Shown here: positions 25,350 to 38,397 of the stretch, one piece after another
How the letters are laid out: every line of letters begins with the position of its first letter
Position numbering within the stretch: the stretch's first letter is position 1
Source: Gracilinanus agilis
Lineage: Eukaryota
Direction of reading: 5' to 3'
Assembly (NCBI RefSeq): GCF_016433145.1
Contig: NC_058133.1
Location: forward strand, 313,053,687 to 313,117,686
DNA: 64,000 nucleotides
The notes under the pieces: generated by a model
Database searches by the model: none
What the model saw: only the letters and a program-made list of their open reading frames with translations
Told to the model about the DNA's origin: nothing
Made by a program: the position numbers and the translations under genes

Positions 25350-26680
25350 TTAGCGATGGTTTTCACAACACCTAAGCAAAGAAAAGTTTTCATTAAAGTA
25401 ACAGAAGCTTGTATTAAACAGCTAAATTGGGGAGGAGGGAATCGGCCTGTGACCTTCGAGGGAACATCTGAAGCCTCCAAAACTTAAGAAAAATTCCAAG
25501 GAATGGCAGCCCCCGCGTGCCAATCCAGGCAACAGCAGATCCTGCTCAGGCCTCTCAATCTCCTCCCACCACACTCGCACACCACACTCACACCACACAC
25601 GGGGCGAATTCCGCGGGCGGCGCCCCTCCCCCATCCCGCGCATTGTCTGCTGGGGGGGGCGGGGGCCCGGTCTCAGCCCCGTAGGGGCTCAAGGCTGGCC
25701 ACGTTAGCTGGACAGGGAGGGGCGGCGAGGCCCCGTCCCTTTCTTTGTGCCAGTGACTCACCCGCCCGCCTCAAGCCGCCACCGTGTCCTCCATTTTGTG
25801 CTCCCTATATCAGGCCTAGGGAGCGGCCATTTTTCAGCTCACGCACCCATCCGGCCGGGCCAATACCAGCGGCGGCGGCCCCGGCTCAAGCGCCGGCCCC
25901 GTTTCCCGTAAGAGGTTCTAACCGTACACCCCCTCAAACCATTTCAACCAACTTCCGAGGATTAACTGCCCCCGCCCCCAGCCATGCGGCCCCAGCCGGC
26001 GCGGCGAGGCCTAGCCTCTCCCCAGCCGTCTGACCGCCATCCAGCGCGGCCCCGCCGCCGCCGGCGCGCACCCGTGCTCTTCTCCCCGGCCCCGCCCCTC
26101 GAGCCGCCGAGGCCGCGCCAGAACATGTGGCACGAACTAGAGGCGGGTGGACTCCGGGGCGCGCGGCCCCGCCACCGCCTGCTTCTCCCTCGCTTCCTTC
26201 CTCCCCGGACCAGACACGGACTCTGCCTCATAGAAATCATTGACATCGCGCGGGGAAGAGAAGATCCGACCCACACACACAGAGGAATCTTAGAGACCAA
26301 ACAAGGGCAGGGTAACGCCCGGCCGCCATGGTGGGGAAACCGACACTTCAGCCCTTACCCAACCAACACTTAGAAAACTAAGAGAAACGAAAATGAAGGC
26401 TGAGGTACGGAAAAGACCGTGAGAAGAGGCGCGTGGGGGACGCCCCAGCACGAGGCTGGGGCAGCAGGGGCCGCAGCTCGTGCAGTTGATCAGGCCCAAG
26501 CACGAGGCGTGTCCCGGGAAAATTCCAAGGCTCGAAAGCGCAACCTTCTCAAACTTAAATTAAGGTAGAGAAAGAAAGAAAAGAGAATAGGCGAAAGGAA
26601 AAACAGGATCAAGGAGGGTCAGGGGCGCCGAAGGCCTTAGGCCTCACGCCAGGCCCGGCGGGCGCGGCGTTCGCTCCTAC

Positions 26681-26713
26681 CTGTGTTCTGGCGGCAAACC
26701 CGTTGCGAAAAAG
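26681..26713 (-). other. EEF1A1: EEF1A1 non-coding exon 1 (33 bp) beginning with 5'TOP tract
   Basis: Minus strand CTTTTTCGCAACGGGTTTGCCGCCAGAACACAG|gtagga, identical to recalled human exon 1. Confidence 0.95.
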
Positions 26714-26736
26714 AACGTCTAGGGCGGCAGCGCTAC

Positions 26737-26743
26737 TTATATA
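26737..26743 (-). promoter_or_regulatory. EEF1A1: EEF1A1 TATA box (TATATAA)
   Basis: GTATATAAGT located 24-30 nt upstream of the TOP start at 26713. Confidence 0.9.
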
Positions 26744-29700
26744 CTGTGCTCCCCCCTCCTCCCTCCGGGAAAGGAGGTGGAGCCAACCGTGCGTCACCGC
26801 TACCCAGCTCCCCCCGCGCCTCAGCCGCCTGCTCGGGTTCAACGTGCCCATTCGTCCCCTCCCCCACAAATCCCCCCCCACACCCCCGGGGACGGAGGAG
26901 AATGTGCGCCCCACCCCACCAGGCGCTCGGAAAGCCGCGCGCATACGTCCTTGCCCCGCCCAGTCCTCTGCACTGAGTGGGTGGCTAGTCGAGACTGGAC
27001 GAGTCAGCGGTTCTCAGTCAGAGAGTTTTACGACGGTCCCTAGGCTCCCCTCACAGTTCCCACCTGCCCGCCCCCTCCACTCCCTCCCTGGCTGAGGCAA
27101 ATCTTTTTGTATGAATTACTCTCGGATCTCCAAGTCCGGCGTTCGGGGCGGGGAGGAGGGGGGAGGAGAGGAAGAGTCCAGAATCCTCCTCCCCATTATT
27201 CCCTTCTAAAGAGGAACCCGCAAATGCAACTAGGAACAAAGAAAAATTAACTTGCGTTTTCCTGGCCTCAGGTCTTGCTAAGCCCCAGCCAGTTGCCAGT
27301 GGGGGTTGGGGAGTAGGGAAAGAGACTAATCTTTCACCTCTGGCCTGTTGCTCTTAGGACGCCAGTACTCACCCCTGGCTCGGAAGCCCTCCCCCCCACT
27401 CTTCTCCTCCTTCAAGCCTCCACCTTTCTCCTTTAGTTGGACGGAGAAGCCACGTGACCCAGACGCCTAAGGCGGGGAGCTTACCCTTGGCGTGCCCCCC
27501 CCTGCCATCCCCAATGCTTCTACAGAGCGGCAACTTTCTGGGCCGGGACCTCTAGTCCAAATGTTGGCAACAAAGGGGCCTTACCTTTAGTACTCTCGAA
27601 CCGGTTTCTCTTTCCGACTTCTCGAATGGTTAAATAATAAGTGATGAGTCTGCATTTAAATGTGCGTCTCTTTAACTCTTTCCTAGGCACATCATTCACT
27701 CCGACCCTGCTTCCCACCTCCCCTTCGCTATGGTATCCCAGAAGGGCCAATCTTCTTCCACCGCTCTGCATTTCAGGGAAAAAAGCTGCAATTTTCTCTA
27801 GAATTCTAAACTGAAAAACCACTATGGCACTCATCCTTTTGTGATTCACCTTTTCCGGTTTCGATATCCATTTCCTTTCTACCCTCCCCTTCAAAAGGAA
27901 AAAAGTTAAGCGAGATATCTCAAAAGAATCTCTATAGCTCACTCAATCCTTCCACATGAGTTGCGGACAAACTTTGGAAGGAGCTGCTTTTCACTTAACC
28001 ACACAAAGGTTCTGCCTCTGCTCTGGGCTCCCTACAGTATGAAGCCACTTAATTACACGATTTAATTAAAACTACACTCCTTCACTTCCTATCTCAGGCT
28101 CTAACCATTTTTGCTTAAAATCAGGAGTAGGGGTGAGGAATGAGGTAGTTTAGATGAGCTATATCCATAATCTCCTTAGTATAGTCTTTTTTGAGCTGTT
28201 GGGGTGTGAAGATCTAGGGGGTAAATGTTTCAAGAAGTTGTAGCCTCATGTCCCTGCTTACCAGACTGTGGCATGTGTTTGTATACATATATGCCCACAT
28301 TTACAAACACATTTTATATATATTATATGTAAACATGTCAATTTGCTCCCCAACTTCTCATTGATTATCCAGTATTTATTAATACAGGTTGGTTTTTTTT
28401 TAAGTTTAAACATTGTTCCTGCTAGAGAGTGGGGAGAAAAAAGCTAACACTGAGGAAAATTAAGTACTATATCTTGTATTCAATTCTACAAAAATTTATA
28501 TAAGGGCCATTTAACTTTGGCATCCATACACACCACAAAAAAAGACACTTGGCTAAAGAAAGTTTCATCAGAAAATATGTAGCCTTTTCTATTTTGCTCA
28601 TTTTCCCTTCCCTTTCTCCTTCATTCCCTTTCACATTGTAGCCCAAACAGAGCCCACACAACATGCCCTTTATTCCATCAGAGGCACCAGTGCATAACAA
28701 GTAGGAAAAAAAAAATTGGGTTTGTGATTTCTCTTAATTCTTACTTATATAAAAATATTAATGATTTCCTGAACTAGATTTTCCTTCCACAAGTATTCAT
28801 AGTTGTGTATATCTGGAATGACCTTGGCATCTAAATCATTGGGCAAAAGAAGTATTTAATAAGGTACTTTGAAAACCCAAGGACTTCAAGCAATGCTTAG
28901 GGTACCATCTAAAGATTTTGCTATTTTCTGTGCACTCTTCTTTAGTAAACACCTCTTTACATCAGAATTTTAGATTCATACAAAATTAAGGTTATTCAGT
29001 AAACTCATGATATGTGGCTAATATAAAGAATATGGGAGACTAAAGAAATAATTTAATGATGGGAAAAAGTAAAGGATAATGCTAAAGGGTGAGATTTTGA
29101 TGCTTTGAAATAGTGTGCTCAGAATATTTAAAATCAAAGGAAAAAGAATGTCAAGATAGAAATCATTTTTTCAAACAGAAAACTGTAAATATTCATTTTA
29201 ATGATGATGGTTGGTAAGGTGATAGAGCTCAAGAGATGTTTAAGATTCTAAACTAAACCAAGCAAACAGGTGTATTTAAATGTGACATTTCAAACTTAAC
29301 ATATTCTTAAGATTCAGTTGAAATAATTGGAGATTGGTACATTGATGTTGAATTGTATATTTAGAAGTATGCACCTGCAGGTATTCAAACTGCAATCTTC
29401 AAATTTAAGTATATCTGAATAGGCACCTTTACTAAATCTGTGTTTATTGCTTGAGTTTAGAAATAAAAGCCTGCAAGCAAGCACTTGTTCACTAGCACCA
29501 TACTGGGCACTGTGGAATTCATGGAGAGAACCAATTAACAGTTCTACAGAAGCTTAAAAAGACTTTGGATCAGAGTAATAACTAATCCCGTATGAAATGA
29601 ACTATATTCAAATCTCACCTTTCAGCATCATCTCGACAATATTGCTTTGCTCTTTTCACCAAAGTCCTTTAAATTAAATGTAATTAAACTATCAAAATGG

Positions 29701-30129
29701 GCCAATCAATTTTTATCTTGTTCTGCTGGCCTGATGCAGGGAAACCCTCTCCCCACCAGTATTCCTCACTGAGGGAAATGGAGAACAAAACAAGAACAAA
29801 AAACAAAACCCTCATCCCAGATAGTTATTTATCCCAATGTATAAATAGGCTTTCTGATTGGAAAGCCAGTGGTTGCACATAATTTTTCATCTTAAAAGAC
29901 TCCCTTTTTAAAGAGCTTCCTTTCAGTTTGATCTTAGCAAGAAGTTACTAAAAAATATAAATCCCTGTTCACATTCAAATGGCCCAAGCTAACTCCGGCC
30001 CAATGAACCTAGTATGTTGAACACTTACCCTCCTACTGGGCACTCTGGTTTGGTTTTTTTTTGTCTTTTCTGATTTTAATCACAACTTAACTACCTCCAT
30101 TCCTCAATAGAAATTGATTAGGAGTGAGG

Positions 30130-31180
30130 TGTCCAGCTTTTTATTATGTCCTTGGGAGGCGGGAAATTTCCTTCCCTAGGCATAGTAAACTAGAAGGGGA
30201 AGAAAGTCCTGAAATATTAAGAGCAAAAAGAACAAACTGAATTCATCTTTTCTCTCCGTAGACGAAGATGAAGGTATGCGCTCTTCCTTTAAGAAGAAAG
30301 GATCATTAGGTGTGTAGTTGAGAAGAAGCAGTTTGGTGGGAATGGGATACGCAATGGTGATGAATGGTAGGGGACCTTTAAAGGACCCATCTCTAACCTG
30401 CTTTTCGGACGGAACAGGCTAGGGAGGAGGGGGAAAAGGCATCCTTGAGTCACCTCTGGGACACCCAGCCCGCCCCACCTCCCTTCCCAATCCGGGAAAA
30501 CTGGGGTAGGTGGGGCTCTATTAGAGCCATTTTCCTAGCCCCTTGGGGCAGGGTCGCAATCGGGTGGTAGCGGCTCCCAGAGCCTGCTGCGGAGACACCT
30601 GTTTACCTTCAGGAGGAACTCCCAACCCCTGCCCCACAGCCCGGAACATACACTGAGCACCACGGGAGACCCGGGGAGTGGCCTTCAGCTACCTGGATCA
30701 AAGATCATAAGGGGGTGGAGGAATGGCTTCCTCAGACCCCAGGGAAGCAAGATCACCCCTCCTCCTTCCCCGATTCTCTAGCCTTGCTGGCCCAGAACCC
30801 ATTCTACGCACTTCCTTCCAGGTTTTGGGTCCACGTTGTTGGTGAAAAATCTAAAACCAGAGACCCATAGAAACCCGGCCGGAAAGAAAACAAACACGTG
30901 GCTTAGGGGAGGAGGGGGTTACGTCACTGCCATTCCTAATGGATGGCTTCTGAAAGAGCAAAGATATAAATCAAGACAAATTCTCTCCCTCCCCTTCTTT
31001 TCCTGCCTTCTTTCCAAATGTAATTGGTTCATGAGCAGTAGCATCATTTTGGTTTTCTAAGACTTTGGAGAAGATACAATATGCCCCGTATTAACTAGAA
31101 CATTAAAAATGTTACTGTAACAGAGGGAAGAGATTTAGACGTTTTGCTTCCACACGGAAGTAATTTACGTAATTTCTTTT
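30130..31180. promoter_or_regulatory. Upstream GC-rich candidate enhancer or alternative promoter
   Basis: Local CpG enrichment; GGCGGGAAA 30158-30166, GGGAAATTTCC 30161-30171, CACGTG 30895-30900, TTACGTCA 30919-30926, CGGAAGT 31155-31161, TTACGTAA 31165-31172. Confidence 0.5.
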
Positions 31181-31787
31181 TCCAGACTTGATCACAATAG
31201 TTTACTGTTCTGCGATGATAAATAACAGTCCAAATCGTTAAGCATTCACTTGATGACTTTTATTTACTGGAGGTTTAATTTTGTTATTGTTGAAGGGGAA
31301 AGCCATCATCGACACATAGTTTATGACCTGTGCTCTTCAATATACAATCACTACTCTGTTACTGTGTCTAATTTTAAAGTTTTTAAGAAATAAATTCTGT
31401 ATAGTTGCTGCTTGCCATATTTAGCTTGTTCTTTTGGCAATTTGAAATTAATCCGTTTAAAAATATTCCAGAAAAATTAAAGATAGCATCAGGATGGGTT
31501 GATGTGTTGATTTAGCTAAACTGCTTTTTTTCTCTCTCTTTGTTACAAGGTATAGTTCTCTGGGAGGAGAGCAAAGAATATATTGGGTGGGGAATGAAGG
31601 GGAAGTGGGAAATTACATAAAAACAAAAGCTATCAAAAAAATCTAAAAAGAACATGCTAGAATACTAACCTATTAGTCCTAGAAATATTTTGGATCCAAA
31701 ATTCAAATTCAAATTCACAAATTGCAACAGTTCATATGGAAGCATCCTATGATCTTTTTGGGAAGGAGCATTGAAAGTAAATGACCA

Positions 31788-32249
31788 GGGGGCAGCTGGA
31801 TAGCTCAGTGGATTGAGAGTCAGTCCTAGAGATGGAAGGTCCTAGATTAAAATCTGGCCTCAGACACTTCCTGGCTGTGTGACCCTGGGCAAGTCATTTG
31901 ACCCCCATTGCCTAGCCTTTACCACTCTTCTGCCTTGGAGCCAATACACAGTAATGACTCCAAGATGGAAGGTAAGGGTTTAAAAAAAAGAAGGAAAATA
32001 AATGACCAAAATTATTAGGAAAAGAATGTTCTTGCAAACAATAGTGGAGGGGACAGCTGGGTAGCTCAGTAGATTGAGAGCCAGGCCTAGAGATGGGAGG
32101 TCCTAGGTTCAAATCCAGCCTCAGACACTTCCCAGCTGTGTTACCCTGGGCAAGTCACTTGACCTCCATTGCCCACCCTTACCACTCTTCCACCAAGGAG
32201 CCAATACACAGAAGTTAAGGGTTTAAATTTTTAAAAAATGTAAAAAAAA
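31788..32249 (+). mobile_element. Two adjacent SINE1_Mdo-like SINEs (31788-31998 and ~32050-32249)
   Basis: Each has its own TSD (TAAATGACCA; TGCAAACAATAGT) and a different 3'-end subtype. Confidence 0.9.
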
Positions 32250-33522
32250 TGCAAACAATAGTAGAGCTCACTGGGTTCCATGTTGCATAGATTTGAACAG
32301 AGATGCAATGAGGTCAGGAAGTTTAGGAGTCCAGAAAAAACATTAAATTTGTATCTACTTTTCCCACTGTCAGCATGATGGAAAGTCACAATTTTATAGT
32401 CTTGCCTAGAATGCAGGATAGAAGCTCAGTAACATAATATAAAGACCAAAAAGGTCCCTAAGACAAGTCCTGTTTCCTGATTCTTGGATAATGATGTAGT
32501 TCCAATGTTTTAACAAATTTTATCCTCTAGTATTTTATCCTTTTCTGTAACAAACCTACCAATATTAAATGTCATTTATTTCACAAAATCATAAGAGTGA
32601 GGAGAGGCCTCAAAGAATATCTCAGCCAAACTATATCTTGATAGGTCATCTCTACAATATTTCTGGCAGATGTTCACCCAGCCTAGAAAATCTCTAGTGA
32701 AGGGGAACTCTCCATCTCATAGGGCTGCAAATTCTACTTTGGAGTAGGGTTGTTACTAGATCTTTTTCACTTCTCTGACTCTCAAATTTATGTCTTGGTC
32801 CTTTTCTCCCTTCTTCTTTGAAAGGAAAAGGAGATTATTCCCTACTTTTTTTCCAAGGCTGTGCCCTTGATCTCATCCCTTCTTTTTCCTGTATCTTTCG
32901 TGCTCTACTGGCTCCTTTTTTACCTCAAAACTTTTCAGATACTTCCAACTCCCTGAAAAGCTTGAGCCTAGAATTTCAGAGTCAGAAGCAGGTATTGGTA
33001 ATTATGTGACCAACCATTGCTTAAGTTAACTTTCATTTATCCCCAAACTGCTACTTGGGATCTCCTTTCACTAGAAACAGACATTAAATGCCCAGGAAAT
33101 ACAGAATCCTAAGTATACTTTTGCTCCCTACTGGCAAACACTTTGAATTTTCTTTCTTCTTCTTTATGACAGATTTCTAGAAAATGTAGGCTATAGTTCC
33201 TGGTACCATTTCTTTATGGCCTACTTTCATTCCATAACACTTTACAATCTGGTTTATGTCCCCACTACATTAATAAAATTATTCCCCCAGCTATCAACAG
33301 TGACTTTTTTTATAGTTAAAACCAATTTTTTTTACTTCAACCCTTATTTTTATTGATATCTTATTAGTATTTGACAAAATTAACCATACCCTTCTTTCCT
33401 TTCTTGTCATAAGTAACAGGACTCCCCTGATTCTCCTTTTTCTTTTTGATGAGTCCTCTTTTTCTCTGCCCCTAAATTTAAATAACCTCCAAAGTTCTAC
33501 CCTTGACTCCTTTCTTCAATAG

Positions 33523-33939
33523 CAGCAGAGTCAAATACTTAACTAGCCAGCCTGGAGCCCACAACACTCCAGAGTGAGGTCTGAATCTGATTAAAAGGTA
33601 ATTGGGAGTGGGTAGCTGGGTAGCTCAGTGGATTGAGAGCCAGGCCTAGAGCCAGGAAGTCCTAGGTTCAAATATGACCTCAGACACTTCCCAGCTGTGT
33701 GACCCTGGGCAAGTCACTTGACCCCCATTGCCTACTCTTCCACCAAGGAGCCAATACACAGAAGTTAAAGGTTAAAAAAAAAATTTTTTTTAAAAAGGTA
33801 ATTGGGAAATATTTAACAAAATGAAAATACAGTAAAACATAAGTAAGGTTAATAGGTAGTTTTTAAAGACAATTTGCTGTTGCAGAGATACTTATATATA
33901 GTTTAGTAGCCCAATTTTGCTTTGACTTTAACCCAACTG
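33523..33939 (-). mobile_element. Older marsupial hAT/Charlie MITE interrupted by a SINE
   Basis: Reverse-complement match to the 5294/43705 family on both sides of SINE 33608-33792. Confidence 0.6.
33608..33792 (+). mobile_element. SINE1_Mdo-like SINE inside a hAT MITE
   Basis: 15-bp TSD AAAAGGTAATTGGGA (33593-33607 / 33793-33807). Confidence 0.92.
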
Positions 33940-36083
33940 TTCTGTATTACTTTAGTAATCTCATCCACTTCCTTGGCTTCAGCTGTGCCCTCTTTTTATA
34001 TTTATGTATCTTGTTGTTTTGCCAGACTATTAGCTCCATAAGAGCAAGGACCTTCATCTAAGCTTTGTGTTTTATTGCAGCATGTAACAAAATGCTTGTA
34101 TAAAAGTAAGCATTTAATAAATGGAAAATCTAAATTTCCAGCTTTAATATCTCTAATTCCAGATAGCCAACTGCCTACTATTTATTTCTACCTGAATATC
34201 CAGTTGATGTTTAAAATTGAATACATCTAACATTGAACTCATAATTCCCTTTACCTCCCCCACCAATTCTGAAACCTCAGAGATAATCTTTAATTCTCTC
34301 TAAATTATCATATCACCCAATATTAAGTACTGACAGTTCTAGGGCTGTAATATCATTTGCCTTTAAGAAAGTATATTTTAGAACTAGGAAAGGCAGTAGA
34401 TATTACCTCTAGTGCATTGGCCTCTCTTCACAAGCTTGTTGGGTAGTTTCCCAGCTAGCCAATGGTAGTCTCCAAACTAGAACCTTACTGTGAGTCTTCC
34501 CCATATTGCTTAGGGAATCTTTCCTTGGAACCAGACCCCTGCTTTGCCTCTTATTTCAAATTAATATTAATAATAATAATAAAAACTACTAGGTGCAAGG
34601 ACTGGAGTCACAAAAACAAAAAGAAAATAGTTCCTGGCCTTAAGGACTATACATTATGGAGCAAAACGAAATGTAAACAGATAAATAACATGATTTGAGG
34701 AAGAAGTAAAGGCAAGAGGTATCCATCTTTCCTATCAATATTTTGTAAAATTCCTCTCTATCTGATTCTCTGATAAAGTCCATCTTATTCTTAGTTTCAA
34801 CCAGATTCTACCCTTAGTTTTCCTGAGCATTGATGATTACTGAGTGCTTCTGCCTGGCTTTACAGACTTTGTCCTCTTTCCAATATATGTTGTAGCTAGT
34901 ATCCTTCCTGACCTGTAGACCTGATCTGGCCTTGGTTATTGTTTGGATTTTTTCCCCCACTTGTCCTTTTACTCCCTGGTTTAATAATAACAATAACACC
35001 TGACATTTATATAATTTTAAGCTGTACAGAGCACATTTTTACATTCGATCCCCACAACTCTATGATATAAGCAATGGAGGTATCTTCATTTTACAACAGA
35101 GGTTTGAAAGAGATGAAATGACTTAGGGTTATGCAGTTACTGAGTGCAAGGAACAGGATTTCAACTTCAGCCTTCCAGTCTCCAAGCCCAGCAGGCTTCA
35201 AACACCCCTGGTAACCTTCGCAAAGTCAGTTTTCCTCCTATTGCCAGGTTTTGATCCTACCTAGAAACTATTCTGCTTAGTCTTTCAAGGACCAAGGCAT
35301 TAGTATTTTAAATTATCATATAAAAGAAAAGCAATTAACAAAGTTCCTAAATTAGGGCTGTGAATTATTCCACAGCTCTGGAGTTCCTCCCTTCCCCAGT
35401 GCTATTCAAGAATGTGAATATGCCAGGGTGGAGCTTTGCCTCTCTTAAAATTGCTGGGTAGGGGTGAAGGGGAAAGTAGGAGCATGAATCATGTAACCAT
35501 GTTAAAAACGAATATTAATAAATGTTTAAAAAAATAAAATAAAATAAGACAGTGAAAAAAAATTGCTGGATAGCACCAAAATGTAGACTTGACCCAAGAA
35601 TCGTGGTTCCAGCCCAGGCCTTTTTTTTCCTCTCTCCTTGGCTATAACATTAGTTTTTATCATCTTCTCAACCTCTACTCTCCAAGGATTTCCCATTTCC
35701 CCTCAACATATCACTGCCATATTTATTTTTTTAACATAGATCTGATTATGACATTCCCCTGTTCCAAAACCTTCTATGATTCCACATTGCTTAGATAGCA
35801 TAGTACAATGGAAAGAGTATTCTTTGGCTCTGAAGGGAATGGGCTTGGGCCCTGACTCATACCACTTGTGTAACAAAAATGTATTGTAAACCTTCAGGAT
35901 ATTTAATATTCTGCTTATAATATTCTTTTAAACTTATTCATGAAGTTTTTACAGTAGCTATAACTTTTGCCCCCAAAAGTTCCAAATTAAAACGTATGTT
36001 ATATGATCATAAAATTAAAATTTTATCCTATTGATCATTATGAAAATGAAATATAAAATTATAAAATAGTTATAAATATTTTA

Positions 36084-36285
36084 TTTTTATTTAATTCTTT
36101 TTTATTTTAAACCCTTAACTTCTGTGTATTGACTTATAGGTGGAAGAGTGATAAGGGTAGGCAATGGGGGGTCAAGTGACTTGCCCAGGGTCACACAGCT
36201 GGGAAGTGTCTAATGCCGGATTTGATCCTAGGACCTCCTGTCTCTAGGCCTGGCTCTCAATCCACTGAGCTACCCAGCTGCCCCC
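36084..36285 (-). mobile_element. SINE1_Mdo-like SINE
   Basis: 15-bp TSD GTTATAAATATTTTA (36069-36083 / 36286-36300). Confidence 0.92.
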
Positions 36286-37048
36286 GTTATAAATATTTTA
36301 TGTAGGACCTTTGATGAGAATTGAAATAATCCAGCAAGACCTAATATGCTTACTATCATCTGAAAACACATTATATTTCTTTATTTTGTAAATTTTATTG
36401 AAAAAGTATCATTTTAAAAAGAAATTACAACTTAGTAAAATTTTAACATAATATAATAATGTATAAGCTTAATTTTGATGTTGGACTTTTTTATTTGAAT
36501 AAAAGTTTTCGGTATTTGGTTTAACTCTGGATAAATGGTCTTAATCTAGTTTACTTCACATTTATTTCTATATTTTGATTTAACACAAGAATAAGATGAA
36601 ATATTGCTTCACAGAAACACTGTGGAAAGTGGCAGGCAAATTTTATATGCTCTCTTGATGAATACTAGAAATCCACGTTTTAATTTTTAGTTATGTAAAT
36701 CAATCAACAAACATGAGTTACAATATGAAAGATTTTCTATCTTTTTTTTTTCTGGCTAGCAACCAATACTATATTAAATGATCAACGTATTTTAAGTGCA
36801 ATAACATATATTGTTTTATTTTTTAACAATGTTTATATTCAAGCTAACCTTTGTAATAAAAGAATCCCTTTGGAGGTTACTTGCTTCTCTTCCACTACTG
36901 GCACATTGGCTACATTCTCACAGAATCACTACTGATGGCATCTTACCAATAAGTTCATTTGAAAATTCACCAGACAGAAATGGGAAAACCACCTTAATAC
37001 TAAAATGAGAACCAATGTAAAGATTGTTTCTGCAGAATATTTGTGATG

Positions 37049-37500
37049 GGGCAGCTCAGTGACTTAGTGAATTAAGAGCCAAGCCCAGAGATAGGAGATC
37101 CTAGGTTCAAATCTGGCCTCAGACACACAGGGATGTGTGACCCTGGGAAAGTCACTTAACCCCCATTGCCTAACCATTCCCACTCTTCTGCCTTGGAACC
37201 AATATTATTAGAATCAACAGTATTGATTCTAAGAATGAAAAGGTAAAGGTTTAAAAAAAAAAAAAAGAATATTTGTGATGGTTTCAAGATGGCCTATAAG
37301 AGACATGCCCACTAAGGAAAGATAGGTGGGTCAAGTGGATAGAGTGTCAGGCCTGGAGACAGGAGGTCCTGGGTTCAGATGTGACCCCAGACATTTCCTA
37401 GCTGTGCAACTCTGGACAAGTCACTTAACCCCAATTGCCCAACTCTTACTGCTCTTCCAGCATGGAACTAATTCTTAAAGAGTAAGAGTTTTAAAAAAAA
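37049..37500 (+). mobile_element. Two SINE1_Mdo-like SINEs (37049-37266 and ~37320-37500)
   Basis: First has 14-bp TSD GAATATTTGTGATG; second is more diverged. Confidence 0.85.
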
Positions 37501-37857
37501 AATACACATGCTCAGTTTTCAAATAGTCTGACATTTGCTATGCAAAAATGCAAATGTTCTCATATCTTGATCATATGATTACACAGCAGATGAGGGAAGA
37601 TTACAGGCTATAAGAGGGGAAGGAGAGAGTTGCTCTAATGTAGCCTGTAGAATGTTTAGGCTTGAAAATGAAATTTTTGTGTCAATTTAGAAACATAAAT
37701 GGCAGGTTGAAAAATGCCAAGAACATATTACACATAATCAAAAGTGGTCAGTTTGATGCTATTTGCTACATGACCACCAAAAGCATTCTGCAAATGATCG
37801 TGACCATTTCAAATCACTACAGAAGTAAATCTATAATGTTTAAAAAATGCACATGTT

Positions 37858-38397
37858 GAACTGGAAAGACCTCCAGGAATTAATGCAGAGTGAAAGGAAC
37901 AGAGCCAGAAGAACATTGTACACAGAGACCAATACACTGTGGTAAAATAGAATGTAATGGACTTCTGTACTAGCAGCAATGCAATGACCCAGGACAATTC
38001 AGAGGTATTTATGGAAAGGAACACTATCTACATTCAGAGGAAGAACTGCAGGAGTGGAAACACAGAAGAAAAACAACTGCTTGGACACTTGGGTTGATGA
38101 GGACATGATTGGGGATGTAGACCTGAAAAGACCACACCCATGTAACTATCAATAATGTGTAAATAAGTCTTGACTGACCACACCAGTGGAAATTCTAATT
38201 AGCTACGGTGGGGGAGGGGGTGAGCCAGAGGATGGGGGGGCTGAAGGGGGTGAAGGGTAAAGTAAAAACATGACTTATGTAACCAGGGAAATTTTTTCTA
38301 AAAATAAAAAATTATTTAAAAAAAAAAGAAACGAATAAAGAAAGAAGAAATCCCTAAAAATTGAAGCTAATTAAAATTGGTATGAGCTATCTCAAAA
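37858..38397 (+). mobile_element. 5'-truncated L1_Mdo insertion carrying ~66 bp extra 3' sequence
   Basis: 16-bp TSD AAAAAATGCACATGTT (37842-37857 / 38398-38413); L1 A-tail 38318-38327; second A-tract 38394-38403. Confidence 0.85.

Larger units (their letters stand above)
25500..27550. promoter_or_regulatory. EEF1A1: EEF1A1 CpG island (promoter, exon 1, intron 1)
   Basis: Visibly GC- and CpG-dense against an AT-rich background; many GC boxes; AP-1 TGACTCA 25754-25760; E-box CACGTG 27451-27456. Confidence 0.9.

Noticed and set aside
27005-27016. CAGCGGTTCTCA resembling a SPIN transposon TIR
   Set aside because: Only 12 bp, with no partner TIR or TSD found.
25503-27095. Long ORFs (up to 176 aa) on both strands in the EEF1A1 CpG island
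   Set aside because: Pro/Arg/Gly/Ala-rich low-complexity products expected from stop-poor GC-rich DNA; no homology recognised.
27520-27942. 140-aa minus-strand ORF upstream of the EEF1A1 TSS
   Set aside because: No homology recognised; lies in the island shore.
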